A stretch of 63,936 nucleotides of DNA, counting the filler, from Reticulomyxa filosa (taxonomy: Eukaryota; Protista; Foraminifera), in the NCBI GenBank assembly GCA_000512085.1. It is 20 parts of 20 records of this genome, joined end to end, with 100 filler letters (N's around TTAATTAATTAA, not from the genome) between each part and the next. Parts side by side here need not be neighbours in the genome. Positions count along the whole stretch, not along the records: positions 12,416 to 18,809 come from ASPP01028103.1; positions 18,910 to 20,722 come from ASPP01023622.1; positions 20,823 to 21,928 come from ASPP01015322.1; positions 22,029 to 23,480 come from ASPP01020617.1; positions 23,581 to 25,231 come from ASPP01008277.1; positions 25,332 to 27,633 come from ASPP01024382.1; 14 more parts are not named here. The stretch is one strand, 5' to 3'. The stretch's first letter is position 1. The number at the start of each line of letters is the position of its first letter. Under the pieces are notes generated by a model, which saw nothing but the letters and a program-made list of their open reading frames with translations, made no database searches and was not told the origin of the DNA. Shown here in pieces: positions 12,565-25,996 of this stretch. Made by a program: the position numbers and the translations under genes.

Positions 12565-15114
12565 ATGGCACTTAATATGATAGATGGAGATTCGGTTGAA
12601 CATGAAAAGATGTTGTCATTTGAGAAAGATTTGCGAGTGAAGTGTTCAATATTTTTGTGTGATAAATAGCTTTTGTACATACAAGCATGTGTTGTCCGTT
12701 GTGTGTAGCACGCGTACGCGCTGTTGAGTGAGCGATTGGAAAAAGGAGTGGTGTTGTTGGACGAACTGACCACAGTATTGTATCTTCGTATTGAATCAGA
12801 TGCCGAACTAACTCGCGGATTACAAAAAATATTGCATCGTATGGAATCGCAAACCGACGAAATTGGAACTATAAAAGACGCATTGGACGCCATAAAAGCA
12901 GACATCAAAAATGACCACACTTGCAGGTTTATTTTGCTATTATATCTACGCCTATATATAGACATGTGTGTTATTTTTTGCATCTCAAATTGTCCTAAAA
13001 AAAAAAAAACAGAACCGAATATGTGAATTCATTAACCGAGGATGTATATAAACCATTGGTCGAATTGAGGGAACACTATGTGCAAAACAACAAAAGGGTT
13101 AACAAAAAAAAAAAAAAAGGATTTGTTTGAAATATACCTTTGCTGAATCAGAAATCGTGTTTATCTATGGGCTTGTGTGTTCTAAAAGTTTAATCAAACA
13201 ATGAAGCAAAACATCAAGTTGCTACGTAGTGCCCACGTAAAGTGGAATAAAATAAAGACAAAATATGAAAAAGGTTTTTTTTTTTTTTTTTAAAAGCTTA
13301 TATTTAAAAAAAGTTTTGTTTGAAATGTGAGTTTAGCCAGTCAAGAAGCGGCGAGTAGTCGTGGGCAACTATTTAACGCAAAAAAAGACAGCACCCTCTC
13401 ATCCCCACAAGTTGTCAAAGTTATATAGATTGAATACAAAGTTATATACTATGTCGCAATTTTCTGATGTATTTTTTATTAGAAATAAAAAAAAAACCGA
13501 AATTCAAAACAAAAATAAAACGAATTGTTTCTTTAAAAAAATGAGCTGAACAGATGGCATCCAAAGTAAATGTGGCCACCCAAAACCAACAACAATGGAA
13601 AGATCGGTATGAAAAGGAGCAAGAATGTTGGTCACGTGAGCAAGTCCGGTTTGATGATGAAATGACTGCAATCTTGCAGGGCATGGAAGCAAATGAGTTG
13701 ACACGACTTCAAACTGTTGGCGATTGTCTTCGCAAATGGGCTGTGTTCACTACTAATGTCTGCGCAAATCGCACTTACGACATTCAATCCTTGGCACAGA
13801 TTATGTCGTTAGTCAGACCAGTTCAGTCAAACTTAACTTAAACAAATAAATAGAAGACAAAAATTCTTTTTTTTTTTCTCCCCTTTTTTTTTTTTTTTGG
13901 TAATCCAAGTTACGTATACGATTTAAAATTGACAATAAAATCAAAGGAAAAAGATTTGCAATCCTTTATGTGGGAAACGCTTGCAAAACGTCCACAAGTT
14001 TAGTAAGATGATTTTTTCTTTTGGCAAAATCTCTTTTTGAAATGAATGCATACATGACGTTGTGACACAATAATAACGAACAAATCACTGCTTCGTGATT
14101 GGGTTCTCGAACTCTTATTCAGGCTTTGGGAATGAGCTCGGCAGCGGGTAGAATGACAGATAATCTATTGATAGCATATGATCTTGACGAATCTTTGAGT
14201 AGACAATCTTCAAATAATTCTTTGGTCACTGAAAATAAAAGCATTGAAACTGAGCCACAGGATATATCCCAAAACCGTAACAGCAGTACCAGTAGCAGTA
14301 GTTTATCAAAGATGTTTTCGGGATTGAAATTGCCAAGACGAGTAAATTTTGCTTTTTTGTTCTCCTGCTTTTTTTTGTAATGCCAAATTAAACAACCGAA
14401 GATAACATCACAGAATTTGTTTGTGACACTATTTTTTCTGATAACATAGAGGTCTTCGGTGTCCATTCCGGAAAGTGGACATCAGGATTCTGTTACGTGT
14501 ATATATACGTATATCAGTATATGTATGTATATTTTTTTTTAATTTGTGATTCGATATCAAATAATAAAATGTATTGGGCGTGTTGAAAGATCACTGAACC
14601 AATATCACCAATTTCAGCCCACAAAGCAAATGAAACATCATTCGTTTTTACAGAAAATGATCGCGGCAGTGCATTATCACCACATGCTAACAAGCAGGAA
14701 TTTGGCTTTGACCCTGCTGCTACTGGTGCCATTATTCAGGACCATAAGCATGGAGTTGTCACTTCGCCGAAAGATAGCGAATTGGCGACAACTACGCTAT
14801 CTCCTTTAACAACACATCCACCAAATAACATCAAATTCGAAACAGCAAACCGAAATTCGAATACCAAAGTCGCCACAATGGAAAAAACCAATACGCGGCT
14901 ACCAGGTAGGTCTTCATCACTTGTTTCTTTGATTTGTATAAATTGCAAACAAAAAGTATTTGGTTGTGATTGCTTCAAATAAGGCGGAGTGGACAAACAC
15001 ATACCACCAGCGGGTAATGATGTCAAGGGCATTGATACTGGTGTTTCAAACTCTCCAGCACTCGACGGTGCCACTGATAATACTGAATGGATGTCACGAT
15101 CACCCCACAGCTGA
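12565..15114 (+). CDS. F-BAR (FCH) domain protein with a low-complexity S/T-rich C-terminus, multi-exon
   Basis: LSERLEKGVVLLDELTTVLYLRIESDAELTRGLQKI is FCH-like; EIGTIKDALDAI; FDDEMTAILQGMEANELTRLQTVGDCL is a typical F-BAR helix. Confidence 0.65.
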
Positions 15115-15593
15115 TATGTGTTCTCCCGATATTGTATTGTTGTCCCTTATTTTTTTTTTCCTTTTGTCGCATTATAACTTTGTACAACTGTCAATTTTTT
15201 GTTTTTTGGTTAACGTTCGAATATCAATAAAATTTCCATGCAACTGTACAATTCGTTATAATTTTCGGTAAAACGATGACCAACAATTTGTATCACACTT
15301 CCCTGCTGTTGGTGTTTTTTGTGTGACTGGAGATGTAGGCATTTCTTAAAAAGTTTTTAAAATGTTAATTTTTCATGAAAAATTAAGTTATTTCAAATAA
15401 TCAATTTAGGAGTCGATTGCAAGAAATTTGGAGTTAATGGAAAGTTCTTTTTTTTCCAGTACAAATAATTAAAATTCCATTTGAATGAAGAAGTATTGCC
15501 CACTGTATGCTAAAGTAAAGTGCATGACTGGAGGCAGACGTGAAAAAGCAATAAAAAAAGAAAAAAGGAGGAATTTTGTATCTCTTCTTTTGT

Positions 15594-17528
15594 TTACAAT
15601 AGATTAGGAAATAAAGAATGAAATTTCAAGTAAGAGCTGTTCTTTTGCAATAAAAAGGCTAACAAATCTTTACAAGGAATTGATCGCCATGCATGAGTGC
15701 TATCTCTTGTATCGTACATTTCGCACGATACAAGTGCCTCGGTCTTTGTAGTGAAATAGGTATGAGTATCATATTGCAAAGCAACGAGTACATGTGGACA
15801 ATGAGGCGGAGAAAACAGCATTGGTTTATAAAAGTACTGGTGGTTGGTCAGTGGTATGGTATCGATATACCACTGATCCTTATGAGCTACATACTCTTCG
15901 CATGCTAGCATCTTAGGAGGAGTAGTAATCATGTCCAAATTGTCGGTTATTTGGAGTTCTTCGAGTTGACTGGTATCACCACCAAACAAAACGATCGAGT
16001 CGTTCAGTGCCTTCCATGAAAATAAGCACGCATCAGTCCGAGGGAAGTGGTTATTTGCCAGTGTTTTCCATTGTAGTGATTGCGTTACATCTGATAAGAA
16101 CAAACAAATGGATTGACATTACAACAAGAGCAAATTTTTTAAACTCTTCTGACGATTAATACGCAAAAAAAAAAAACAAATTTCGGATAGTTTCACAAAA
16201 GTGCGAAAAGCAAAGAAACAAATAGACAAAAAAAAAAAAAAAAAAAAATGGACTCTCATACCTAGACAATAAGTAGAATTACAATGAAAATCAGCAGCAG
16301 CACAAAACAAGAGTTGTCCATGTAAAACTGGAGGGGTACCATTAAGTTGCGAGCATGGAGGATGAAAGTGTTTGAATGGAAAGTGTTTTGTTTTGTGATG
16401 TTTAGCCTTGGCAGTATGTTCATGTTTTTGCTTGAATAGTTTGGCTGAATGCCGTGTGTGGATTGGGACATGCGCTTCTTCCGAAGAGTGAGCGTGGTCT
16501 CCACGTGAATGGAAATGAGGAGTGGCGGGTTGATTGGGGATCCAATAAAGCTGATTGGATATAGAACCAAGTAAGCCAAGCGAAGAAGAGTAAAGCATGA
16601 AATCGGTATCAAAGGCATCACAAAAGGAATACACATCGTCATCGGAGGATTGATTCGCGGGGTCGTGCTGTGGTAATGGCATTGACCACACCTTGTTCAT
16701 GACATCCGAGCTGTTTTCAAGCAAATTGAAAACATTCACTTGAAAGCACTTGCTTTCAACATCAAGTCGAAATAAAGCTCCACACAACGACGAACTCACG
16801 AGCGAGGAACGATCATCCAATATGTCTTCGGGACAACCCCAATACCGCAATGATGCCTTTTCCATGTTTGTGATCAAATGAACATTATCGCCCATACAAC
16901 TCAAATGTGAATATTGATCCATTGAGTTTAATACATTTAAATCGTCATTATTATCATCATTATTGTTATTATTATTATTATTATTGTTATTATTATTATT
17001 ACTATCAACATTTAACATTTTCTTTCTTTTCTTCCTTCCTATTTCCATCTCTTTTCTTTTTGTCTTGCTTTTGCCTTGGCTTTCTCATTGTCATACGCAA
17101 ATAAAGTATAGCAGTGATCTGTCGAATAGTCCCACTCCAACACATTGGACAGAAACATCTCTTCTCTCCCATGTGTTTGTCTTCGCGCTTTTGAAATGGT
17201 CACTACGTATACATTCTTCGGCGATCTGCACAATGCTTTCGCAATCTCATTTATCAAGTCTTTGGGAAATCTCTTCCATGTGCTGTATGTTCTCACCCAG
17301 TACTCGATTATTTTCCTTACGTTGTCATCATAGGTCGTGTCCACCCACTTTTTATACCGACATTTCGAAAACAATCAAATAAACAACAATTGCAATCATT
17401 AACGACACCACTACATTTTGTCAGACAACAAATTACATAAAACAATCACACATCCAAACTTCGTCGCTATTTGGTACACTTTCTTTCTCGCGCTTTCTTC
17501 TTCGACTGCGTTTGTGACTTGGACGCAT
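15594..17528 (-). CDS. Divergent kelch-repeat protein with an F-box-like N-terminal motif and poly-Asn tract, multi-exon
   Basis: Exon 1 MRPSHKRSRRRKRE..|, then KIIEYWVR..FPKDLINEIAK; kelch-like WKTLANNHFPR..SIVLFGG and SCEMYDTRD..WRSIP. Confidence 0.5.
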
Positions 17529-17879
17529 CTCTCAACAATTTCTTTTAATTTTTTTTTCGTTCAAAAGTAAGATAGATACCAGTAATGTTAGTTTAATGTA
17601 GTTGAATAATTCTTTCTCTCGATTTGACAAATGACTACACCAACCGAGAGACCAGAAATTCAGCTTTTTTTCAAAGTTTTTTTGTTCCTGTCTGTGCTCA
17701 TGGAGGAAAACAAAACAAAAAAAGAAAGCAGTAGGCTAGCTATTTCGAAAGAATGAAGAGTTTGTTCTCAACGGAAATTAAAGAAATAAAGTAAAATGTG
17801 GTGTTATATTGTTTAATTGATCACAATTTATCAAAAACGCAACGTCCAAGCACAAAACACAAAGAGACAAAGAAAGATG

Positions 17880-18685
17880 TCAAGACCACACTCGCAGTTG
17901 ATAGTCCCAACTGCCAGTGGCTAAAGCCTTTCCGGAACAGTTCATACCTAAGCAAGACACTCTGTGCTGCAAGCGAGTGGCAAAATTTTGGGAAACTTTG
18001 GATTCCAGAGTTGTCCAGCACATCATATAGGGAGGATCATCGTAGCCAGCAAACAGGTATTTTCCAGACGCACTTACACACACTGAGGTTACACCCGGGC
18101 GTGTTTTCGAATTATAGCAATTTAAATGGCAGTAACCCCTTTTAATCAAAGCCCACACAATGACAAACAAGTGTATATATTATGTATCATACATTTATAT
18201 ATAAATATATAAATAAGTATTTATATTACATATGAACATAATATGCAAAGTGTGTATTGGAATTTTTGCGCAAATTCCTTTCTTCCAAAAAAAAAAAACA
18301 CAAAGAAAACATACCGAATGTCGAACAAGCGAACACAAGAATCATCACCACCTGTGATAAATGCATTTCCATCAGGGAACCAATCACAAGTGTTAACATC
18401 AGTGCCGTGGCCTTCAAAATTGCCAACGCATTTTTCGCCCATTCGAATGTCCCACAACTTGGTGGTCTTGTCACAACTCGCCGATATAAATGTCTGATTT
18501 TCTTGCCATATACTTAAGCACATGACATCTTGAGTGTGATCCAAAAAGAGGGCGGTGGGTTTAGTTTTCGTGATATCCCACAGTAAGCACGTACAATCGC
18601 CAGAAGACGACAGCAATTGTGTCTCATTCAAAAATTTCATGCTGGACACATACCCGCTATGATGACGTAATTCTTTGTAAGGTAT
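17880..18685 (-). CDS. GNB: Heterotrimeric G-protein beta subunit, 3' part (2 exons)
   Basis: HSGYVSSMKF..SSSGDCTCLLWDI, HTQDVMCLS, SASCDKTTKLWDIR, FPDGNAFITGGDDSCVRLFDIR, RVSCLGMNCSGKALATGSWD..RVWS*. Confidence 0.92.
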
Positions 18686-18769
18686 CTTTTACCAAGCATA
18701 TTCAAAAGAATAAAAACAAACAAACAATGCCATAGGGGGGGGGGGGAGAGAGAGGGGAGAAGGGATTAC

Positions 18770-18809
<40 letters not shown>

Positions 18810-19379
18810 NNNNNNNNNNNNNNNNNNNNNNNNNNNNNNNNNNNNNNNNNNNNTTAATTAATTAANNNNNNNNNNNNNNNNNNNNNNNNNNNNNNNNNNN
18901 NNNNNNNNNTCCTTTCAATGATCAATTATAAGACACAGTAGGACTTTTTAACTGGCATAAAACAAAATCAAGAAAAGTAACAAATGTTCATTGACAATGT
19001 TTCTTGTTGCGTAGAACATGTGGCAGCTATGTACATTTTTGATTCAAAGAATTAACGAAACATGTTTAAAATTGTAAGAAAAGACCTAAAAATCAAAAAT
19101 GAAACAATTTATTGTTTATGTCTCAATCCAACATTTTTATGACAAGACTGGAAAACTTTGGGGAAAAATATAAACATTTTGACAAAATATTTGATGGTGC
19201 GAAAAAAACTGATACAAGCCAAAAAAATGCCAATGAATAAAACTGTATCAAGTCACAAATCTCTTGCCAACTGTTTTCCAAAAAAAATCTTCGACGATTA
19301 CGGTCGGCGAACTACGATCTGTTAACACTCATTCTGTAAAAAAGTTTTTTGTTTTCGTCATTGACGATTACTAGGTGGC

Positions 19380-20722
19380 ATGTCCATAATATCTGGACTA
19401 TCTGCTTTGGGTGACGTCAAAGCGGTGTAAATTATGTAAAGACGAGGTTGAATGTATGTTCATTTTTTTTGAAAATTAACCTCTAATACACACTATTATA
19501 ACAATATTGAGCAAAAGCTCATGACAAATCCCAGAATTCAATGGATGCAAGAAGTAGTAGAATATGCAATCCCAGACGCAAATGAATCCATTCGACAATG
19601 TTTCGAGTGAGTTCAACACCACTCTGCATAATTTTTCAACAAACTAAACATAAATATGAGACAGCCATTATTGCAAATAAAACTAAAACAGACAAAATTT
19701 GGACAAAATAACTGAATGGCTCAAAGCAGGAGATACTGGATCTCGTATTTATTTCTATACCTCTCCAGCAAATAACACTGTTCAATTCGATGACACATCG
19801 TATGATCTGCACTTCTTTTATATTTTTTATAAATTTTTCAAATTGAGTGTAATCTTCAATGTAACCAAAAAAAAAGAATATCATGAGAAAAATTCTTTTA
19901 TAGTAATATCTTACAAACTTTGCAATGATTGAGAAATCAAATTGAGATTTGGATTGTTATGATTTTTTAAAAAAAAAAATTGAAAACTACAAATAAATAT
20001 GAACTTTGCAGACCCGCACTGAGTGGCAGGTGCGCGTATTTTATTCGCAATACTGACAAACCTATAAACACGAAAGCACGCTCAGATATTCAAGTAATAG
20101 CAGGCGATTTGTCAAAACAATGGCTTGTACCGATCATCGAAACGTGTATTGTCGAAGTATTCGAACCGTTGATATCTTCAAGTGAAGAGTGGGGACACTT
20201 GAGGGATTCAAGCCACGAAAAAAAAAAGTTTATCAAGAAGTCGCATCAATTGACAGAGTTATTGCATACAAGCGTTGTCAATTTAGAAACTGGCATTGAT
20301 CTTCCGTTACCCACGCCCCCATATGATACGTTGGATAAAAACAGTGCCTTTGAAGAGGTGACTCCAAACAAACACGCAAAAAAAAAAAAAGGGTGACTAA
20401 CAACAATGAAATCAAAATTAAACAAGGACAGTTCTCTGTTGTATTTTTTATTTATTTGGATTTGCGGATAGATATTAGAAGATGAATCAGCACTGTCAAA
20501 AATTCATGAAAGAATTATTTTGTGGATAAAAAACATCCATTCGTTCATTGGCAACGATTCTTCCATGATAGGTCGCCCCGATCAAGACAAACCACCTACC
20601 CCCAAGGATGAAATTAACAGTTGGAGCAAACGCTCATTGGCACTCACAAAGGCACAAGATATACTAACTGGAGAACACTACAAGGCTATTATTGCATTAT
20701 TGCAACAGTGCTTATTATTATT
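19380..20722 (+). CDS. Axonemal (outer-arm gamma/DNAH5-like) dynein heavy chain, N-terminal fragment
   Basis: LSGRCAYFIR, IIETCIVEVFEPLISSSEEWGHL, IILWIKNI..TPKDEINSWSKR resemble the N-terminus and start of the DHC_N1 domain; multiple GT-AG introns; truncated. Confidence 0.7.
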
Positions 20723-20869
20723 NNNNNNNNNNNNNNNNNNNNNNNNNNNNNNNNNNNNNNNNNNNNTTAATTAATTAANNNNNNNNNNNNNNNNNNNNNN
20801 NNNNNNNNNNNNNNNNNNNNNNTATATATATATATATATATATGTATGTACACATATATTTGATTTTAA

Positions 20870-21928
20870 ATGAGATTGAACCTGATTGACAATGAACGAC
20901 TTGGTACGCAAAGGTGCAATGTTGTTAATGTCAAATATTTCCATCATTTCTTTATTTGTGGGGTGCTGCGATAATCGCTTGGATACTCTTCGCGAGACAA
21001 TGCGACCATAGTCTCCAGTAATGTAACTCGACCTGCGACTGTCCCATCCGTCCGTCTCCAAGTCGTAATACGCGCGAATGGCAAAGTAGTCTTCCTCCGG
21101 CGCGCTGGTTATCGACTCCGTGTCGTCGTCCTCCTCACTGTATTGTGTTCGGAACATTGCCCGAAGTCCAAACGACGGCCCACGTGTGTGGTCTTTTTCA
21201 TCAGTTTTGCCAGTCTATTCAATTCAATTAACAAAAATATATTGCCATTATTATTATTATTATTATTATTAATAATTTTTTGACACAAACATTGCCAACC
21301 TGTTCTGGATCGCTTCCTGAAGTCATCATTGCCGGTGGTTGCTGTTTTGAAAGTTGTTTATTTTATTTTCATTTTTTTTTCTAATAAAAAACGTACAAAC
21401 TAAAACTTTGCAAAAAAAAAAAAAGAAACTTTTTCCAAATCAGGGTCGCCGTTGGTTTTGTTAGGCTCTTGTGGTGAGATAGGCACTTGAGAGGTCGAAG
21501 TGCTGGAATGCTTGATTTGGTTGTCGAACAAGGAGTCCATACCGGCACTTACAAATAATTCATTGACTCCGCCGTATGATATTTCATTTTTTGCGTGAGC
21601 TAGTTTTTTTTTTTTATATTGTTTGTATATATGTATATATTTTTCCTTCTTCTTCTCGCTCTCTCTCTCGGAATCAGACAACTCAACAATGAGAAGGGAA
21701 CAAACCGGCAGTTGACAGACTTTGAGGCGGCGAATAATGGAACTCGTGATTCAGTGCTGCTCCTGTGGAAACATTGGCGACGTTGGTGCTATTTGCGTTG
21801 GCGTCAGCATCTGCGTTGACATTGGCATCGTGATCATCGCCTGTATGCACATCAGCACCAGCATTGACGATGGGCTGATCGGACGCAAGGTTAGGGTTAG
21901 GGTTAGGGTTAGGATTGGAATTGGAATT
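20870..21928 (-). CDS. Internal fragment of an unidentified low-complexity multi-exon protein
   Basis: Codon-like exons (NPNPNLASDQP..., EEDYFAIRAYYDLETDGWD...) separated by GT-AG introns; both ends missing. Confidence 0.5.
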
Positions 21929-22521
21929 NNNNNNNNNNNNNNNNNNNNNNNNNNNNNNNNNNNNNNNNNNNNTTAATTAATTAANNNNNNNNNNNNNNNN
22001 NNNNNNNNNNNNNNNNNNNNNNNNNNNNAAATGAAGTATAAACGATATTTACAAAAAGAAAATGAAAACAACGAAATACTTTTTGTATAATCTAATGTAT
22101 GTAATTGAAATAAACATATACATTATTTTCAATAATGTATCACTAAGTGAAAGTAAATAATAAATTGAAGAAAAACTTACATATACGTAATATAATGTAG
22201 AAAAAGTATATATGAAAAACTAATTGTATATTATACAAGCTTGCACTTGTGAACTATTCGATAAATACAAGATATACAAATCCAAGATATCGAATAATAT
22301 TGACTGCTTCGTAACAATAACCAATAAAACATAAATAGAAATAACGAATTACAACAGTTGTGAGTAGAAATCGCAATACGGAAAACTGTAAAATGTTTGC
22401 AGCAATAGTACGATCGCTAAAGCTATTCCTTCGGACCAAGAAGAAATGGACAAACAACAGTAAACTATCTTCTTGGAATACGACCAATTATTGAATTAGT
22501 TATATTCCAAAACAATACATA

Positions 22522-22836
22522 CAGTAGAATTAAAAAGAAAGTTGACACCTAAAATGGCACTTTATGAAAATGATTATATGTTTTAATAAAAACAGTTTGA
22601 TGTAAAACAATAATCATTTGATTAAAAGTTTTATTTAAAAACTAAAAATTTAAAAAAAACAAATAACTGATGAAAAAATTTCGAAAGATAAAATACTAAA
22701 ATAATATTTAAAAACTATACTATTCGTAAATATTTTTCTTTAAATAAAAAATTTTTGATTAAACGTTGTTTTTTCATAGAAAAAATCATCTTCATAAAAT
22801 GTTATTTTATGTGTTAAGTTTTTTTTTATTCTACTA
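22522..22836. mobile_element. Tc1/mariner-type MITE (~315 bp) with long degenerate TIRs and TA flanks
   Basis: Left end TA|CAGTAGAATTAAAAAGAAAGTTGACACCTAAAATGGCACTTTATGAAAATGATT matches the reverse complement of the right end ..AATCATCTTCATAAAATGTTATTTTATGTGTTAAGTTTTTTTTTATTCTACTA|TA. Confidence 0.7.
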
Positions 22837-23119
22837 TATATGATTTTTCAAAATTTTTGAAAAAAGTTTACAATCGTGCCTACACAGTAACCATGAAATT
22901 TGCCAATTTTTTTTAAGCTCCAAAAAATGTTCCATTGTAATATTTTTCGCTATTTTATTTTAAAAATAATAATGAAAAGGAATAAACCGAATTTGTTAAA
23001 AATCATCAATAGAGCTAAAAAAAAGACAATAAGGCGGTTTTCACATAAGAATATTTATAATTTAAGTGAAAACTTTTCAAATTTGATCAATAAAAAGAAC
23101 ATAAACAATAATTTTAAAA

Positions 23120-23239
23120 AAATTCAAAACTATACAATTCGTAGATTTTTTTTTTAAAAAAAAATAGGTCTGAATGTTGTTTTTTCATGAAGAAAATCCA
23201 ATCATCTTTATATGTGCCACTTTTTTTTGCATTCTACTG
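23120..23239. mobile_element. Partial copy (right end) of the same MITE family; further pieces at 23472-23480, 28965-29086, 39153-39197 and 39508-39612
   Basis: Shared AAAACTATA.(A/T)ATTCGTAG..GTCT..TGTTGTTTTT.CATGAAGAA..TTTGCATTCTACTG|TA; 39153-39197 is the reverse complement of the left TIR. Confidence 0.7.
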
Positions 23240-23599
23240 TAGTAATTATCGTACATTCAATAAACTCTCTTTAAAACTGTTTCTCAAAATTGACTAAAAT
23301 TCATTTATTTGTTTTTTACTTTAAAATTTTCTTTTCTTTTAAAGTTCGAAATTGCGTTGCTATCCATTGTATTTTTTGTTCTTTGAAATTTTGATAATGC
23401 TGTTTGATCATTATCCGAGTTTACTTGATGAACTTTATACGTCTGCGTAATCAAAAAAAAAACAGAAACTACAGTAAGATNNNNNNNNNNNNNNNNNNNN
23501 NNNNNNNNNNNNNNNNNNNNNNNNTTAATTAATTAANNNNNNNNNNNNNNNNNNNNNNNNNNNNNNNNNNNNNNNNNNNNAAAAAAAAAACAACTTTTT

Positions 23600-24456
23600 A
23601 TGGGATGAAAGATGGAGCGAGGACGTCTTTCCAACAACAATTCTGGCCAAAGCCCCAGTTTCAATGCATTGGATCTGCTTTTTCAAATCTTTTTTTTTGG
23701 TGGATAATTGGTTGGTTCTCTCCTTTTCGCGACTGTCAAACTGTGACTTTTCGATAGGCCAATGCAGGAAGACCCAATAGTAAAAGGCGATGGCCAAGAC
23801 CACGTTGTACGTGACGGAAGCGGCGCACAGACAGCACCAAATAGTTTTGATGACAAAGGACTTGTTTTGACTCTCGGCAGTGATGAGAGGGGTCCAAATG
23901 GCCGCCAAAAAGCAGCAAAAGCAAATAGCAAACTTGAAGATGATGAGTTGTTTTTTCTCCAAGGCGATCATCCCACCGAGCAGAGTATATTTCAGGGAGT
24001 CACTCATCAAGCAGCCGAGCATAAATATGATATTGTTTTTGACATACGTAGCAATGGTTTGAGCGACGGTATTGCCAGCACGAGGCCCACTCACGTACAA
24101 GTGGAAGATGCCATCGGTGGAGCAGTACACGATGATGCAGATGGTGATGGCGGCCGTGAAGGACAGCACCATGCTGGCGGACCAAGACCACTTGCCATAG
24201 TTGATCACTTGCATGGGATGTCGCAAGGTGCGCACCACGACGTTTTTGCAAGTCAGTCCAAAAGGGGACAAGAATAAGCATAGCACTTTGTACGAAAACA
24301 GGAGCACATAAAACGCAATGAAGCACTTCATGTCATAGAAGATGCAGATCAGTCCCATTGTCTCGGCAATTACAAAGTCTGCATGCATTATATCGCAGCA
24401 CGACTGTAGTCCATTTTTCCATAGCACACGCATTTTCATCCACCACATGGAATTAC

Positions 24457-24490
<34 letters not shown>

Positions 24491-25163
24491 TATTGTTAAT
24501 GCTATTATCATTATTAATACCAATTAAAGCATGATGCTCACCATCACGTGCATGCTGTGCATAGTGAGGATTCACAGAGGAGGAAGAGGAAGTCGGGTGA
24601 GTGGAGTCATGACCCCATTTCCATTGGTAGTAACACAAATAATGACATAGATTCCCTCCTCTCGCAACGATCATGATGAGCACCATGAGTACGCTCAAAC
24701 ACACTTGCGACACAACGTATGCGACGATCATCGCCTTGTACACCAGCGCTCTGTCCTGCTCACTCCCCTCTTGGCCGAGTGCAAAGTGGTACATACACAG
24801 GATGACCACCTCCACTGCTGTCGACACAATCACACATGGCAACATCACCATGCAATCTGTCACAAATCTCGACGACACCGTTTCCAAGTAATTTCGTAAG
24901 TTGAAGAATATCGTCATTGGCACCAACGTGATCAAGTAGTAATACACAAACAAACTGCAGTGCTCAAACACGTCATGGCTGTCCCCGTCGATGCTGGTCA
25001 CCATCACTCGCACCATCCCTTCGTTGTACAGTACCAATAGCAACACGCTCATCACAATGCCACATACCAAATACATCACACTATTTTGGGCCAACAAGCT
25101 AATGCTTTCTGGGATCCCTGCGATAAACGCCTGATGATACGATGTGGCTAATGGCTTCGACAA
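23600..25163 (-). CDS. Multi-pass membrane transporter, MATE-like; frame disruption in the (AAT)n tract near 24480-24500
   Basis: About 9-10 hydrophobic segments; LVPMTIFFNLRNYLET and CLMSDSLKYTLLGG resemble MATE helices; partial. Confidence 0.5.
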
Positions 25164-25870
25164 GGCTTTTTTATTTTTTGAAAACGAAAATTGTAGTTGT
25201 TACCCCTTTTTTTTTTTTTTTTTTTTTAATTNNNNNNNNNNNNNNNNNNNNNNNNNNNNNNNNNNNNNNNNNNNNTTAATTAATTAANNNNNNNNNNNNN
25301 NNNNNNNNNNNNNNNNNNNNNNNNNNNNNNNAGATTATCTCAAGTTAGTTTAAATAATAAAGCAAAATCAAAAGTTATATAAAGTATTCAGATAACAATC
25401 AAAATTATTGCATTGGCAAACTTTTTTTTCAAATCTAATGGAACAATGTGAAATGATTAAAGAATTTAGCACGCCGTTTGACAGCTACATAAAAACAAAA
25501 TTTAGTATCACTTCGAAATAGTTTATTGAATCGTGTGGAGGCATTCAAAACCAAAATCATTGTCATTACAAATACTGTAACTGGAGTGATTGCAATACTA
25601 TCGTCAGAAAGCAAATAGTGCTACAACAGCAAGTTGTTTTTAAGTAACCTACAAAAATATTATAAACTGAAATAGTCTTTTTATCTTGAACGGTTGCACT
25701 TTGCCCAAAGATCTTAGAATGTTATATTCATTAGAAAGTGTAGTTTTTTATTCATCTTCTGTTTTGCAATAAAACATTATACACATTACCATATTCAGCA
25801 AAAATTCATTAAAAAAAAAAATTATCCAGCCAAATTTCAAGTTCATTCTTCCGAAATGACCTTACAATTT

Positions 25871-25994
25871 AAAAAAAAAGCAAAGTAAGGAAAAATCGAA
25901 AAAAAAAAATTAAATAAGGCGGCGCCTCAGGAACATAGTGGCGCCGCCCAATTTATTAATTTCTTTTTGATTTTGTCTTCCTTTGCTTTTTTTT
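25871..25994. repeat. ~125-bp imperfect inverted repeat with a perfect GC core (GGCGGCGCC-N13-GGCGCCGCC)
   Basis: Arms AAAAAAAAGCAAAG..AAAATC..AAATTAA..GGCGGCGCC and GGCGCCGCC..TTAATTT..GATTTT..CTTTGCTTTTTTTT. Confidence 0.85.
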
Positions 25995-25996
25995 CC

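Noticed and set aside
21889-21913. (TTAGGG)n telomere-like repeat near a contig end
   Set aside because: It has only about 4 units, is followed by non-telomeric ATTGGA repeats, and reads in frame on the minus strand as NSNSNPNPNPNL within an exon. It is a coding microsatellite.
23762-24277. 171-aa antisense ORF over the MATE-like gene, and similar shadow ORFs over USP14, RasGEF1 and VPS18
   Set aside because: These are expected by-products of locally higher-GC coding sequence and have no recognisable motifs.
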